Both the position numbers and the translations under genes were made by a program. The notes beneath the pieces are model-generated. The model was not told the origin of the DNA. It searched no databases and worked only from the letters and a program-made list of their open reading frames with translations. From Candidatus Hydrogenedentota bacterium (GTDB taxonomy: Bacteria; Hydrogenedentota; Hydrogenedentia; Hydrogenedentales; JAEUWI01), in NCBI GenBank assembly GCA_034669905.1, contig JAXMOL010000001.1, forward strand, positions 64,001 to 128,000: a DNA stretch of 64,000 nt, written 5' to 3'. Shown in pieces: positions 1 to 10,933 of this stretch (its first letter is position 1; each line of letters starts with the position of its first letter).

Positions 1-1
1 C

Positions 2-1042
2 GTCGGGCTCGACCCGCCGCGGGGGGTCTGGTGTCACATCACGGGCACCGACCTGATTCGACATTCCGACGGGCAGGTATACGTCCTGGAAGATAATCTC
101 CGGTGTCCCTCGGGCGTGTCGTATGTCCTGGAGAACCGGCAGATACTCAAGCGCACCTTCCCCTACGTGTTTGGTGCCCTGCCGATTCGTCCTGTGGATG
201 ACTATCCCAACCTGTTGCAAGACATGCTCATCGGCCTGGCCCCGGCCAATGTGTCGCAGCCCACGACCGTCATCCTGAGTCCCGGCATCTACAACTCGGC
301 CTACTTTGAGCATTCTTTCCTGTCCAAGCAGATGGGCATCGAGTTGGTGGAAGGCAGCGACCTGGTCATCGAGGATGGCTTTGTCCACATGCGCACCACT
401 ACCGGGCTGAAGCGGGTCGATGTCATCTACCGTCGTATCGACGATGATTTTCTGGACCCCAAGTGCTTCCGCGAAGACTCGGTGCTTGGTGTGCCGGGCC
501 TGATGGAAGTCTATCGCAATGGGCACGTGGCACTGGCCAATGCGCCCGGCACGGGGGTGGCCGATGACAAGGCAATTTACGCCTATGTGCCCGAGATCAT
601 CCAGTACTATCTGAAACAGGACCCCATCCTGCCGAATGTGCCGACCTATGTGTGTGATCGGCCCGATGAATGCCAGCATGTCTTGGAGAATCTCGAGACC
701 ATGGTGGTCAAGGCGGTGAACGAATCGGGCGGCTACGGTATGCTCGTGGGTCCGGCGTCTACGGCGGCGGAACGGGAAGCCTTTGCAGAGAAAATAAAAG
801 CCCGCCCGCGAAATTATATCGGCCAGCCCACCATGGCCCTCTCGCGGGTGCCTACCCTCATTAATGGCGAGCTGAAGGGACGACATGTCGATCTCCGACC
901 CTATGTGCTCTACGGCGAATCGATTCAGGTAATCCCCGGTGGCCTTACACGGGTCGCGCTGAAAGAGGGTTCGCTGGTCGTGAATTCCTCTCAGGGTGGC
1001 GGAAGTAAAGACACCTGGGTACTGAAGTCGGATGGTGCTTAA
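2..1042 (+). CDS. circularly permuted type 2 ATP-grasp protein (5' truncated by window)
   Basis: Frame is open from base 2 ([20 protein letters not shown]...[14 protein letters not shown]). Family motifs [51 protein letters not shown]. Confidence 0.92.
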   Translation, partial: VGLDPPRGVWCHITGTDLIRHSDGQVYVLEDNLRCPSGVSYVLENRQILKRTFPYVFGALPIRPVDDYPNLLQDMLIGLAPANVSQPTTVILSPGIYNSAYFEHSFLSKQMGIELVEGSDLVIEDGFVHMRTTTGLKRVDVIYRRIDDDFLDPKCFREDSVLGVPGLMEVYRNGHVALANAPGTGVADDKAIYAYVPEIIQYYLKQDPILPNVPTYVCDRPDECQHVLENLETMVVKAVNESGGYGMLVGPASTAAEREAFAEKIKARPRNYIGQPTMALSRVPTLINGELKGRHVDLRPYVLYGESIQVIPGGLTRVALKEGSLVVNSSQGGGSKDTWVLKSDGA

Positions 1043-1090
1043 AATGATGGACCTGGTCATGAACCGCATTGCGCAGGGGGATCGGACAGC

Positions 1091-2041
1091 ATGTTAAGCC
1101 GAGTCGCCAAGAATCTGTATTGGATGAGTCGAAACATTGAACGGGCCGACAACATTGCCCGCTTCGTCGACGTGAATCTTCACCTGCTCATGGATCTCCC
1201 CGTGGAAGAGGCGAATCAGTGGGAGTCCCTCATCGCCGTAACCGGTGACAAAGAACTCTTTGACGCCCGCTATGACACGGCGACCAGTGAGAATGTTATC
1301 GAGTTCCTTACCTTCGATCTGGAGTACCCCAACTCTCTCTATCGGTGTATCCACAACGCCCGTGAGAATGCGCGGACGGTGCGGGAGGGCATATCCTCCG
1401 AACTGTGGCGCCGGATCAACGAGTTGTACCTTGATCTGGGCTCTCCCGGCGTCAAACGGCGCGCCATCGCCGAGCCCAATCGTTTTTACAACAGCATCAA
1501 AGACAGCTGTACCCTGTTCCAGGGCCTGAGCGAAGCCACCATGACCCACGGCGAGGCCTGGCAATTCATGCGGCTGGGTCAGGCCATTGAACGGGCGGAC
1601 AAAACCTCCCGAATTCTGGATGTGAAGTATTTCATCCTCCTCCCCGATGCCAATTACGTGAACACGCCCTACGACAACATTCAGTGGGCCGCTGTGCTGA
1701 AATCGGTGAGTGCCCTGGAAATGTTCCGCCTGGAGTATCGTCGAATCGCCCCCCGGTCCGTCGCCGAATTCCTCGTGCTCAATCCCGACTTCCCCCGGGC
1801 CATCCGCTTTTGCGTTGCCCGGGCCGAGCGCTGCCTTCACGAGATTTCCGGCTCCGAAACAGGCAACTACGCCAATCCGGCGGAGCGCTGCCTGGGGCGG
1901 CTCTCCTCCGAACTTTCCTACACCGACATCGATGAAATCCTCAACCAGGGGCTCCACGAATACATCGATGGACTTCAGGCCCAGTTCAACACGGCGGGTG
2001 CGGCCATCGGCGAGACCTTCTTTGGAAACCGGCCGCGCTAG
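1091..2041 (+). CDS. alpha-E domain protein (DUF403 family)
   Basis: MLSRVA..LYWMSR.IERADN.AR start, repeated ER motifs ([23 protein letters not shown]). Lies next to the CP-ATP-grasp gene as is typical. Confidence 0.9.
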   Translation: MLSRVAKNLYWMSRNIERADNIARFVDVNLHLLMDLPVEEANQWESLIAVTGDKELFDARYDTATSENVIEFLTFDLEYPNSLYRCIHNARENARTVREGISSELWRRINELYLDLGSPGVKRRAIAEPNRFYNSIKDSCTLFQGLSEATMTHGEAWQFMRLGQAIERADKTSRILDVKYFILLPDANYVNTPYDNIQWAAVLKSVSALEMFRLEYRRIAPRSVAEFLVLNPDFPRAIRFCVARAERCLHEISGSETGNYANPAERCLGRLSSELSYTDIDEILNQGLHEYIDGLQAQFNTAGAAIGETFFGNRPR

Positions 2042-2211
2042 CTGAGGATACCGTCCCCCTGGGCCCTCGGTTCGTATGGGGTCCGTCGTCATACGCGTGC
2101 GCAGGAAGCCTCTTCTTTGTTAAACTACCCCCTTTGATCGGAACCCAACCCGAGGCTCTATCGGCACGATTCGCGACGATAGGCCCGCACCCTCTGGAGG
2201 AGCTGACTGCC

Positions 2212-3036
2212 ATGGCAGCAATCGAATGGGCAGAAGCCAAGACGTACACTGAAATTCTCTATCACAAGGCCGATGGTATCGCCAAGATCACCATTAACCG
2301 GCCCCATGTGCGCAATGCCTTCACCCCCACGACCAACGACGAGATCAGCGACGCCCTCAAGGATGCCCGTTTTGATCCGGAAATTGGCTCTATTATTCTG
2401 ACCGGCCAGGGCAAAGAAGCCTTTTGCTCGGGCGGCGACCAGAAGGTCCGCGGTGATTCGGGCTACGTCGATGGCGGCACCGGGGCGCACCGCCTCAACG
2501 TGTTGGACCTCCATCGTCAGATCCGCACCCTGCCCAAGCCAGTGATCGCCATGGTCGCGGGCTACGCCATCGGCGGCGGCAACATCCTCGCCATGGTATG
2601 CGACCTTACGATTGCCGCCGACAACGCCATCTTCGGCCAGACTGGCCCCAAGGTCGGCTCCTTTGACGCCGGCTATGGCTCCTCCCACCTGGCGCGTATG
2701 GTCGGACAGAAGAAAGCCCGGGAAATCTGGTTCCTCTGCCGCCAATACAACGCGCAACAGGCCCTCGACATGGGACTCTGCAACACAGTGGTGCCCTATG
2801 AGCAGCTGGAAGAAGAGACGGTCCAGTGGTGCCGCGAAATCAATGCCAACTCCCCCACGGCCATCCGTTGTCTGAAAGCCGCCCTCAACGCCGATGAAGA
2901 TGGCCAGGCAGGTCTGATGGAACTGGCGGGCAATGCCACGTCCCTGTTCTACCAATCGGAAGAAGGTCAGGAAGGCCGCAACGCCTTTAACGAAAAGCGC
3001 AAACCGGATTTTTCGAAGTACCCCAGGAATCCGTAA
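2212..3036 (+). CDS. menB: 1,4-dihydroxy-2-naphthoyl-CoA synthase
   Basis: [46 protein letters not shown] at 2212 follows the GGAGGAG RBS. Confidence 0.96.
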   Translation: MAAIEWAEAKTYTEILYHKADGIAKITINRPHVRNAFTPTTNDEISDALKDARFDPEIGSIILTGQGKEAFCSGGDQKVRGDSGYVDGGTGAHRLNVLDLHRQIRTLPKPVIAMVAGYAIGGGNILAMVCDLTIAADNAIFGQTGPKVGSFDAGYGSSHLARMVGQKKAREIWFLCRQYNAQQALDMGLCNTVVPYEQLEEETVQWCREINANSPTAIRCLKAALNADEDGQAGLMELAGNATSLFYQSEEGQEGRNAFNEKRKPDFSKYPRNP

Positions 3037-3109
3037 GCGGCCCATGTTGGCGATGAAATACACCGATGAAACCACGGCACAACTGCTGTAGTTTGAAAGA
3101 ACTGATACT

Positions 3110-3991
3110 GTGCATCCCGTAAAAATATGGCTGCTCGCCGCGCGGCCCAAGACCTTGGCCGCCGGGCTTACGCCGGTGCTCATCGGCACCGCCATGGCTG
3201 CATCGGCCCATGCCTTCCATTTGCCATCGGCAGCGGCGGCCGCATTGGGTGCGCTACTCATTCAAATTGGCACCAATTTCGCCAACGATTATTTTGACTT
3301 CGTCAAAGGCACCGATACAGAAGAGCGGGTCGGGCCTACCCGTGCCACCCAGGCCGGTCTCGTGTCTCCCCGGGTCATGCTGGTGGCGACCGTACTGGTT
3401 TTTGCCCTGTCCTTCCTGCCCGGTGCCTATCTTATCTACCGGGGCGGCTGGCCTTTCCTGGCCATCGGCATCGTTTCGGTCATCTGTGGCGTGCTCTACA
3501 CCGGAGGCCCCTGGCCCCTGGGTTACCTCGGATTGGGCGACCTCTTTGTGTTGGTCTTTTTCGGTCCCGTTGCGGTGGCGGGCACCTACTATGTCCAGGC
3601 CCTCGCCCTGACGCCCGACGTGTTGATAGCCGGTTTCATTCCCGGATTGTTCTCCACCGCTATCCTGACAGTGAACAACCTCCGGGACGCGGACACGGAT
3701 GTGCGCACCGGAAAGAAGACCCTGGCGGTACGTTTTGGGAAGACCTTCGCCCGCTGGGAATATGTCTTTTGCCTCGTGGTGCCGGGCATCGTGCTGCCCC
3801 TTTACTTGTGCGTGCACACCGGGGGGCACTGGTTTGCCCTGAGCGCCCTCGCCACCATGGCCCTCGCCGTGCCGCTGATTAAGCATGTGTTTTACTCGAA
3901 CGACGGGGTCGTGCTCAATGACACCCTCGCCGGCACGGGCAAGCTCCTCCTTCTCTTCAGCATCTTTTTCTCCATCGGGTGGCTCTGGTGA
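3110..3991 (+). CDS. menA: 1,4-dihydroxy-2-naphthoate polyprenyltransferase
   Basis: ARPKTL, NFANDYFDF.KGTD, NNLRD..TD...GKKTLAV; multiple TM helices. Confidence 0.94.
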   Translation: MHPVKIWLLAARPKTLAAGLTPVLIGTAMAASAHAFHLPSAAAAALGALLIQIGTNFANDYFDFVKGTDTEERVGPTRATQAGLVSPRVMLVATVLVFALSFLPGAYLIYRGGWPFLAIGIVSVICGVLYTGGPWPLGYLGLGDLFVLVFFGPVAVAGTYYVQALALTPDVLIAGFIPGLFSTAILTVNNLRDADTDVRTGKKTLAVRFGKTFARWEYVFCLVVPGIVLPLYLCVHTGGHWFALSALATMALAVPLIKHVFYSNDGVVLNDTLAGTGKLLLLFSIFFSIGWLW

Positions 3992-5136
3992 AAATCTGCG
4001 CGGCAGCTATTTATCAGTACGCGCTGCCGCTGGAAAACCCTATTCCCCTGCGCCAGGGTCCCCTCGCCACCCGCGCCGGATACCTCTTGCGCCTTGAAGC
4101 GGCGTCGGGACACGTTGCCTGGGGTGAAGCCGCCCCCCTCCCCGGCTTCAGCCGGGAGAACCTGGAGCAATGCCGCGGCACCCTCTTCAATGCGGCCGAA
4201 GAACTCCTCACACGGGACGACTTCTCTGATGATGGCGCCCTGGCCGCGCTCTCGGCCTTTCAATCCACCGCCGCCCACAGCGCCGCCTATTTCGCAGTGG
4301 AATCGGCATGGCGCCACCTGGCGGCCCTGGTCCGGGAGCAGACGCCCTGGGCGCAGCACCGGAATCCCGGCGAAGATACCCTCTTACTGAACGCGCTCCT
4401 GGCAGGCGACCCCGACACCATTGCAGCGCAGGCCGAACGGGCGGTGACCCAGGGCTTCCGCGCCGTCAAGCTCAAGGTCGGGCGGGAGAAGATGGCCGAC
4501 GATCTGCGACTGGTTGAGATAGTACGGGACATCATTGGTCCCCGGACGGCTCTCCGGCTGGATGCGAATCAGGCGTGGTCGCTGGAGGACGCCATCCTCT
4601 TCGGCAAGGCCGTGCGCAAGTTCAACATTGCCTACGTGGAGGAGCCGTGCCGGGCCCCTTTCGACCTCCCCAGTTTTCACGCCCACACCGGGGTCGACTA
4701 TGCCGTGGATGAGTCGATACAGTCCCTCCACGACCTGGTGCAGCGCAAATCGGCACGGCCCGGCGAAGGCCTCTTTCGCGATCTGCCTGTCGTACCCGTG
4801 GTCCAGGGCGCGAAGGCCATCATCTGGAAACCGACGTTGGTGCACACGCCTGACCTGGGCCAGTTGCTCTTTGAGGAAATCCAGGCAGGCCAGGCCCGCT
4901 CGCTCGTGCTCAGTGCTTCCTTCGAAAGCGGTGTGGGCATTGCCGCACTCACCGCCTACGCAGCCCGCTTCGCGGCCCCGGACACGCCAGTGGGTCTGGA
5001 CACCTACCGCTGGATTACGCCCGATGTTTTGAAGGAGCGGCTGCCCATGGAGGGAGGAAGTGTCCATCTCCCCACCGTATTCGCAGCCGGACAAGCGGTG
5101 GACCCCACCTGTATCACGAAGGTCTGGCCCCTGTAA
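3988..5136 (+). CDS. menC: o-succinylbenzoate synthase (enolase superfamily)
   Basis: GEAAPLPGFS, KLKVG, LRLDANQAW, EEP, DES, FESGVG, GLDT. GTG start overlaps the menA stop (GTGA). Confidence 0.88.
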   Translation: MKICAAAIYQYALPLENPIPLRQGPLATRAGYLLRLEAASGHVAWGEAAPLPGFSRENLEQCRGTLFNAAEELLTRDDFSDDGALAALSAFQSTAAHSAAYFAVESAWRHLAALVREQTPWAQHRNPGEDTLLLNALLAGDPDTIAAQAERAVTQGFRAVKLKVGREKMADDLRLVEIVRDIIGPRTALRLDANQAWSLEDAILFGKAVRKFNIAYVEEPCRAPFDLPSFHAHTGVDYAVDESIQSLHDLVQRKSARPGEGLFRDLPVVPVVQGAKAIIWKPTLVHTPDLGQLLFEEIQAGQARSLVLSASFESGVGIAALTAYAARFAAPDTPVGLDTYRWITPDVLKERLPMEGGSVHLPTVFAAGQAVDPTCITKVWPL

Positions 5137-5219
5137 TCCCAACGTCCCTTGTCTTTTGGCCCCCTTCGCTTGCCATAATAACGCCCTGACCCAACCCGGA
5201 AAGGCCACGCACACGCCCT

Positions 5220-6617
5220 ATGCATTGTCCCGTGTTTGATTGGGCCCAAAGTGAACCCGAGCGCCCGGCCCTGAAGACGCCCGAGGGCCCCCTCACCTAT
5301 GGCGAATGGAATCATCAGATCGACTGCTGTGCCGGTGCCCTCACCAAACACGGCGTTTCTGCCGGACAGCAGGTCGCTCTGTGTGGCGTCGCCCACCGGG
5401 ACTACTTGACGACCCTCCTCGCCCTGTTTCGTTTGGGCGCGGTGGCCTGTCCCATCAACCCCGCCTTTCCCGCGGCCTACCGGGAAGCCCGTCTGGCCCA
5501 GTTGGACCCTACCCTGCTGATTGGCGATGAAGGCATGACGCCCATAACGTTGAAGGCCCTGTGTGGCGACACAACGACGGCCGACCATCGTGCCGCCCCT
5601 CCGGTCTGGCGACTCGACGAAGCGGCGGCCATTATTTTTACGTCGGGAAGCACGGGCACGCCCAAAGCGGCGGTGCTCTCGCTGGGAAACCTCTACTACA
5701 ACGCGCGGTTTTCCAATGAAAACATCCGCCTCACCCCGGGAGATAACTGGCTCCTCTCCCTCCCCCTCCACCATGTGGCCGGACTGGGCATTCTCTTCCG
5801 CTCCATCCTCGCGGGGACCTGTATCACCGTTCCGGATTCAGACACGGCGCTGGATTTGGCGGCGCGCCGTTTTAAGGTAACCCATTTTTCCCTCGTCGCC
5901 CGCCAGCTCGCCCGCCTGCTCGACACCCCCGAGGGACAAGGCGTACTTGCCCACGCCAAGGCCCTGCTTTTGGGTGGAAGCGCCATTCCGTCCGAACTCC
6001 TGGATGAGGCCCATCGGCGCGGACTCCCCGTGCACACGAGTTATGGCATGACCGAAATGGCCACCCAAGCTACCACCACACCGGCCGGCGCCGATCGCGA
6101 GACACTCCGTTCCTCGGGCCGTCCGCCCCGGGAAGGAAGCCTCCGTATCAACGGAGAAGGGGTCATTGAAGTGAACGGGCCGTGCCGTTTCCTGGGCTAT
6201 TGGGAGGCGGGAAAACTGCGGAGGCCCTTCGACGCGGGGGGCTGGTTCACCACCGGCGACCTCGGACATCTCGACGCCGACGGCTACCTGCACGTGACGG
6301 GGCGGGCAGACAATATGTTTATCGCGGGCGGCGAAAACGTTCAACCGGAGCGTATCGAGGCGGCCCTCTGTGCCCTGCCCGGCATTCGGCAGGCGGTCGT
6401 GGTGCCCGTCCCCCATGAGGAATTCGGCGCCACGCCCGTGGCCTTTGTGGAGGGGGCTCCGTTGGAGGCGACGGTGCTCGCGAAGCTTCTGGCAGCGACC
6501 CTGCCCCGCCACGAGATTCCCCGGCATTTCTTCCCGTGGCCTGAGACGCTGACCGAGGCGGGCATGAAAATTCAGCGGGCCGCCTTTCAGGCCGAGGCCC
6601 TTCGGCGGCTGTCGTAA
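5220..6617 (+). CDS. menE: o-succinylbenzoate--CoA ligase
   Basis: AMP-binding motifs FTSGSTGTPK, YGMTE, TGDLG, GRADNMFI.GGENVQPE; men cluster context. Confidence 0.9.
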   Translation: MHCPVFDWAQSEPERPALKTPEGPLTYGEWNHQIDCCAGALTKHGVSAGQQVALCGVAHRDYLTTLLALFRLGAVACPINPAFPAAYREARLAQLDPTLLIGDEGMTPITLKALCGDTTTADHRAAPPVWRLDEAAAIIFTSGSTGTPKAAVLSLGNLYYNARFSNENIRLTPGDNWLLSLPLHHVAGLGILFRSILAGTCITVPDSDTALDLAARRFKVTHFSLVARQLARLLDTPEGQGVLAHAKALLLGGSAIPSELLDEAHRRGLPVHTSYGMTEMATQATTTPAGADRETLRSSGRPPREGSLRINGEGVIEVNGPCRFLGYWEAGKLRRPFDAGGWFTTGDLGHLDADGYLHVTGRADNMFIAGGENVQPERIEAALCALPGIRQAVVVPVPHEEFGATPVAFVEGAPLEATVLAKLLAATLPRHEIPRHFFPWPETLTEAGMKIQRAAFQAEALRRLS

Positions 6618-6802
6618 TTAGGGTTGCGCACCGTTACGCCATCGGTAGACAAATTTTGACTACTTTTGCCCAAATTATGGGCACCTGTTGGCCTTGCCTG
6701 GGCACCGTCTCTGAAAAGGGTCCACGTACCACTTTTATTCATTTCCCGTTATGAATAGATGACCTTGCAAGAGAATTATCCAGCCTTTATGGCTTTTCAC
6801 TC

Positions 6803-6831
6803 TTGACAGTCCGGGCATCTTGCCGTACGCT
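6803..6831 (+). promoter_or_regulatory. putative sigma70 promoter
   Basis: TTGACA (6803-6808), 17-bp spacer, TACGCT (6826-6831), upstream of the 7141 CDS. Confidence 0.5.
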
Positions 6832-7140
6832 GCTATCGATGGCAGTTGTTTGAGGTCGTAAGGCAGTACCACCTCGCCTGGAAGTCTCCCGGTCCCCCCC
6901 TGTGGCTACCGGGTTGTGGGCACACGATTCCGGTTGCGCAACGGGATCGCGAGGGGTGCCCCTACTCCGCTGATCACGGAGGCCGTACGGCGGCAAGTGC
7001 CGAGGGCTTGAGGACGGCAGTAGAACCAATGGGAGGTTTCTTTCACACCCCACTCGCAGTAGTTCCATGGTCTCGTGCGACCCTGGAGCAGATTCAATGA
7101 AGCAACTTCGAATGATTCCAACGAAGAAGGAATTCCTGCA

Positions 7141-8106
7141 ATGGGTAAATTGACTGCAGTCACCGTGGCGATGTTGTTCCTGGGAACAACGGCATTCGCC
7201 GCACCGGTTGTCTACGATGTAGCAACCGTAAATGGACACGACGGCTACCTGACCGCCTGGGAAACCAGCGGTCCGGTGGACAAGGTGCTGATGCTGGTGA
7301 CGGGCTTCGACACAGACAATGATGATCACCCCGTCGACGATCTCTACACCGATTTCCAACCCCTGATCGATGAGATTGGACCCCTGGGTTGGGATGTAAT
7401 CATCTTCGATTATGTGGATGGCAGCACCTATCTCGAAGACAACGCGGACAACCTGGCGCGTTTCATCGAGTACCTGGACACGCAGGCGGTGCCGGATTAT
7501 CACCTCGCCATTGTCGGTGGCTCCATGGGAGGCATTGTGGCGCGCACAATGTTTGTGCAGGAGAATAGCGCCATGGGTGCCGAGACCTTTGTCACGGTGG
7601 ACTCCCCCCACTGGGGCGTCTATCTCAGCCCCTGGGTGGAAGACCTCGCAGAGCTGGCCATCGACTATCCGGCGGCCCACCAGATGCACAACGGTGACCC
7701 GGCCTATAACAGCCACTATGGCTGGTTGCGGAGCGTGGAGACTAACGGCACCTTCCTGCCCAATGTCATCGACCCCATGGCCACCTTGGCCATCGCCCTG
7801 AGCAATGGGGAAAGCTCCTGGAAACTCTATTGGGATGATGCCCTGATTCACACCAAGTACCATCCGGTGTGTTCTTATGTCATCAGTAACCCCTTTGAGT
7901 CAGACTATATGCCCTATCACTCCACGATCTATATGGACAACATCTCCACGTCGCGGAGCCTTCGCTGGGGCTACACCAAGTACTGGTACAACAACACCAG
8001 CACTTCCTATTTCGATCAGAAACAGGCCAACCCCAAGACCGAGCACAGTGCCCCTGCCTTCGCGGTGGAACAGGCCGTGAACTTTGTTCTGGCAAATGGT
8101 CCGTGA
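7141..8106 (+). CDS. secreted alpha/beta-fold hydrolase (lipase/esterase-like)
   Basis: Signal peptide (..TTAFA-AP), TGFD oxyanion-like motif, GGSMGG nucleophile elbow, DSPHWG, C-terminal His (TEHS). Confidence 0.75.
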   Translation: MGKLTAVTVAMLFLGTTAFAAPVVYDVATVNGHDGYLTAWETSGPVDKVLMLVTGFDTDNDDHPVDDLYTDFQPLIDEIGPLGWDVIIFDYVDGSTYLEDNADNLARFIEYLDTQAVPDYHLAIVGGSMGGIVARTMFVQENSAMGAETFVTVDSPHWGVYLSPWVEDLAELAIDYPAAHQMHNGDPAYNSHYGWLRSVETNGTFLPNVIDPMATLAIALSNGESSWKLYWDDALIHTKYHPVCSYVISNPFESDYMPYHSTIYMDNISTSRSLRWGYTKYWYNNTSTSYFDQKQANPKTEHSAPAFAVEQAVNFVLANGP

Positions 8107-8139
8107 TAGAAAACTGATAGTGCCCACCTGAAACCGGAT

Positions 8140-8171
8140 CGGGCGGAAGCACCTGGGGTGCTTCCGCCCGC
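8140..8171 (+). terminator. stem-loop downstream of the hydrolase gene
   Basis: CGGGCGGAAGCAC...GTGCTTCCGCCCG 13-bp stem between convergent genes; no clear U-tract. Confidence 0.5.
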
Positions 8172-8519
8172 CCGGAGGGACGTTCTGCCGCAGGTCTATG
8201 GCAGGGAGAGATGGCGACTCCCGCACGAATGGCGCAGCCCTGCGGTACGGGCAACCACGACGGCGCGGCAGCATGTCCCGGTGGGAATATAGACCCACGG
8301 GGTGGAAAACGGAAGGCACCTGCAGCGACACCCCATCCTTGTACTGCAGGAAATGGGCCGGACGCCCATTCATGCGGGGATCGTCCATCCCGGTCTAACG
8401 GGATAGCACCAGGCCCCTGACGCCCAACCAGGTTTCCGAGCGCGATACCGTCCCTCCATAAAAAACGCGGTCGAATTCACCCACTGGTGAACCCGACCGC
8501 GCTGGGTAACCATGTCGCG

Positions 8520-9788
8520 CTAGAGCTTCAGGTCGATAAAGCGCCAGAAATTGCCGCCGAGCAATTGCTCTGCGTCGCGTTTGATTTCGGCCTCGGTGAC
8601 GGTCCAGCCGGATTCCACCAGGTCGGCGTACTTGTGACGCAGGACCTTGGCGATAATCTGACGCGAATGGGCCCACTTGTAAATCACCTGGTCGAGCACC
8701 CGCGCGTCGGAGTGCTGGGGAATAATTGACGGCCCGAGAAGCTCGAGGCGCATCTCGGTCATTTCCTGGATGATGCTGGGATTGTTGAGGAACCACCAGC
8801 AACCAAAAATCAGTAAGTTGCGGAATTTGCGCGCCGTCACACACAGGGTGTGTTGGTCTTCCCGGGACAAGGTCGTGACCATGAATTTGTTCTGCGGGTA
8901 CTTCGCACAGAGGTATTCCACGGGAGTGAGACTGGACTGTCCCACACTATCCCCGGCCAGACGGAGCAGCGGATTAATCTGACGCGTAACCCCAATCATC
9001 ATGGCGAAGGGGATGTTGAATTCCCGGGCCACGGGCAGGATGCATTCCTCTATCAGCGTCGCACGGGCCGACTCTTCGGGCATGGCAAAGTCAGGGGGCA
9101 GCGAGACGGCCATGTAGAGGGCCTTGAAGCGCTTGACCCAGTCGGTGAGAAAGCGGCGTACTTCGGCGCGGGACTTCTCATTCAGGGAGACCTCTACGTC
9201 GTAGTTCATCCCTTGCAGCATTTTGTAGCTGCTCTCCCAGGAATTGAGGAGGGGGTCGATGCGCAGCACGCCGTGAAAACGGTCATCGGTCTGGTAGTCC
9301 CCTTCCCACACGGGCTGTTCCAAGGGGTCAAAGGGGTCGTTGGTCATGACCGCACATTTCAGCCGGGCCACTTCAAAAACCCGATCCACGTGGGCGCTCG
9401 TTTCCTGCGCAGCAAACCAGGCCCGATACCCTTTCAGATCCCGGCTGCTCACATCGAGTCCCAGGGCATCGAGGACGGTGATGACGCCGCGACAGGCTTC
9501 GCTGATGGGACTGTTCTCGATGAAGAGACACTGCCAGATAGCGTCGGCCTGCTGGGACTTACTCAACGACCAGAACTGGTCGTAGGACATGTCGGAGAGA
9601 CGAAAAAACTCGGCCACGAGATAGTGGTACGTAAGCAATTCGTCGACACCCCACAACAGCAGCTCGCCAAAGTCGGTGGCATAGAGGTGGGTGTGGATAT
9701 CGGTAATCGGTGTCTTCATGACCGCGTCATTGACGGCCGCACGCAATCCAACGGCATCGCTCCGGCTGAAAGAGGCGGAAGTACTCAT
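8520..9788 (-). CDS. uxaC: glucuronate/uronate isomerase (amidohydrolase superfamily, divergent Bh0493-like type)
   Basis: DIHTH metal motif, LLTYHYL, MTNDPFD, FGCWWFLNNPS, QHSDARVLDQ.IYKW.H. Confidence 0.82.
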   Translation of the reverse strand: MSTSASFSRSDAVGLRAAVNDAVMKTPITDIHTHLYATDFGELLLWGVDELLTYHYLVAEFFRLSDMSYDQFWSLSKSQQADAIWQCLFIENSPISEACRGVITVLDALGLDVSSRDLKGYRAWFAAQETSAHVDRVFEVARLKCAVMTNDPFDPLEQPVWEGDYQTDDRFHGVLRIDPLLNSWESSYKMLQGMNYDVEVSLNEKSRAEVRRFLTDWVKRFKALYMAVSLPPDFAMPEESARATLIEECILPVAREFNIPFAMMIGVTRQINPLLRLAGDSVGQSSLTPVEYLCAKYPQNKFMVTTLSREDQHTLCVTARKFRNLLIFGCWWFLNNPSIIQEMTEMRLELLGPSIIPQHSDARVLDQVIYKWAHSRQIIAKVLRHKYADLVESGWTVTEAEIKRDAEQLLGGNFWRFIDLKL

Positions 9789-9877
9789 GGTGATAGATTC
9801 CTTATGGGTTTTCGACCAGGCGCAAGGGCCGCAGTCGCGATGTCACATAGTATGGGGGTGCCGGATGCCTGCGCCGC

Positions 9878-10921
9878 TCAGTCCGTCAGATAGGCCTGGA
9901 ACGCTTCCGTCTGCCGGGTTTCGAAGCCGCCGTTCTCTCCGTGGGAGACCAACATGACTGGCAACGCCAGGCGCTCGGCCAGCGCCATCCCCTTGTCCGG
10001 CCCCAGAACCATGAGCGCTGTGGCGTAGGCATCGGCCAGGGCACAGCGGGGGTGCAAGACACTCACAGAGGCCAGGCTATGGGCGACTGGTTTACCGGTG
10101 GCCGGGTCAATGGTGTGGGAATAGCGCTTACCATCCACCTCATAAAAGTTTCGGTAGTTTCCGGAAGTCGCGAGGGAGATATTCGATAGGCCCACCACCT
10201 CCTGAAGGACCCGTCCTTCATCGACGGGTTTTTCAATGGCAATTTTCCACGGAAGGCCCACCGCGTTTTTGCCCGCAGTGCGCACTTCTCCACCCACCTC
10301 AATCATGTAGTCGCGATAGTCTTCCGCTTCCAGGACCGACGCGACCAAGTCGACGGCATAGCCTTTGGCTATACCCGACAAATCGCAATACACCCCACTG
10401 GCACGCTTCTGCACCGACTGGGTGAGTGCGTCCAATGTAATGGCCTCGGGTCCGCAGAGGGCTTTCAAGGTCGCGAGTTCTTCTTCGGTGGGCGGCTCCT
10501 GCTTGTCGTCGGGTCCGAAACCCCACCGATTGACCAGGGGACCGACGGTGATATCAAAGGCCCCCTCCGTCTCCCGGTTCACCTCGAGGGCAAGCTGGAG
10601 CATGGCGAAGACTTCATTGGAGACGGGGGTGTAGGCCCCGCCCGCCATACGGTTCAGCACGGAGAGCTCCGAGTCCTCCTTGTAGGTCGACATCTTCCCA
10701 TCGACGTGTTTCAGGGCCCCCTCGATCGCCTCCGCCATGGCTGTGGACACGTCGTCCTCCATGGAGGCGACCACCGTGATGTGATAGGTCGTGCCCATGA
10801 TGCCGCCGGTGAAGGCCACCGTCTCTTTGGCAGGCGGAAGGGGATCGCTACAGGCGCTCAGCAGCAACGAAAAAAAGAGCGTGGCAAATACCACGCTCTT
10901 ATGGGTGTAACAATAGGACAT
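9878..10921 (-). CDS. apbE: FAD:protein FMN transferase lipoprotein
   Basis: Lipobox LSAC, MGTTY, FDITVGPLV..WGF, DLSGIAKGYAVD, ATSGNYR, ADAYATA; last gene of the nqr operon. Confidence 0.95.
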   Translation of the reverse strand: MSYCYTHKSVVFATLFFSLLLSACSDPLPPAKETVAFTGGIMGTTYHITVVASMEDDVSTAMAEAIEGALKHVDGKMSTYKEDSELSVLNRMAGGAYTPVSNEVFAMLQLALEVNRETEGAFDITVGPLVNRWGFGPDDKQEPPTEEELATLKALCGPEAITLDALTQSVQKRASGVYCDLSGIAKGYAVDLVASVLEAEDYRDYMIEVGGEVRTAGKNAVGLPWKIAIEKPVDEGRVLQEVVGLSNISLATSGNYRNFYEVDGKRYSHTIDPATGKPVAHSLASVSVLHPRCALADAYATALMVLGPDKGMALAERLALPVMLVSHGENGGFETRQTEAFQAYLTD

Positions 10922-10933
10922 GAATGCTTTCGC

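Noticed and set aside
8172..8519. Small ORFs or ncRNA between the hydrolase and uxaC
   Set aside because: No RBS-supported ORF or recognisable RNA family motif.
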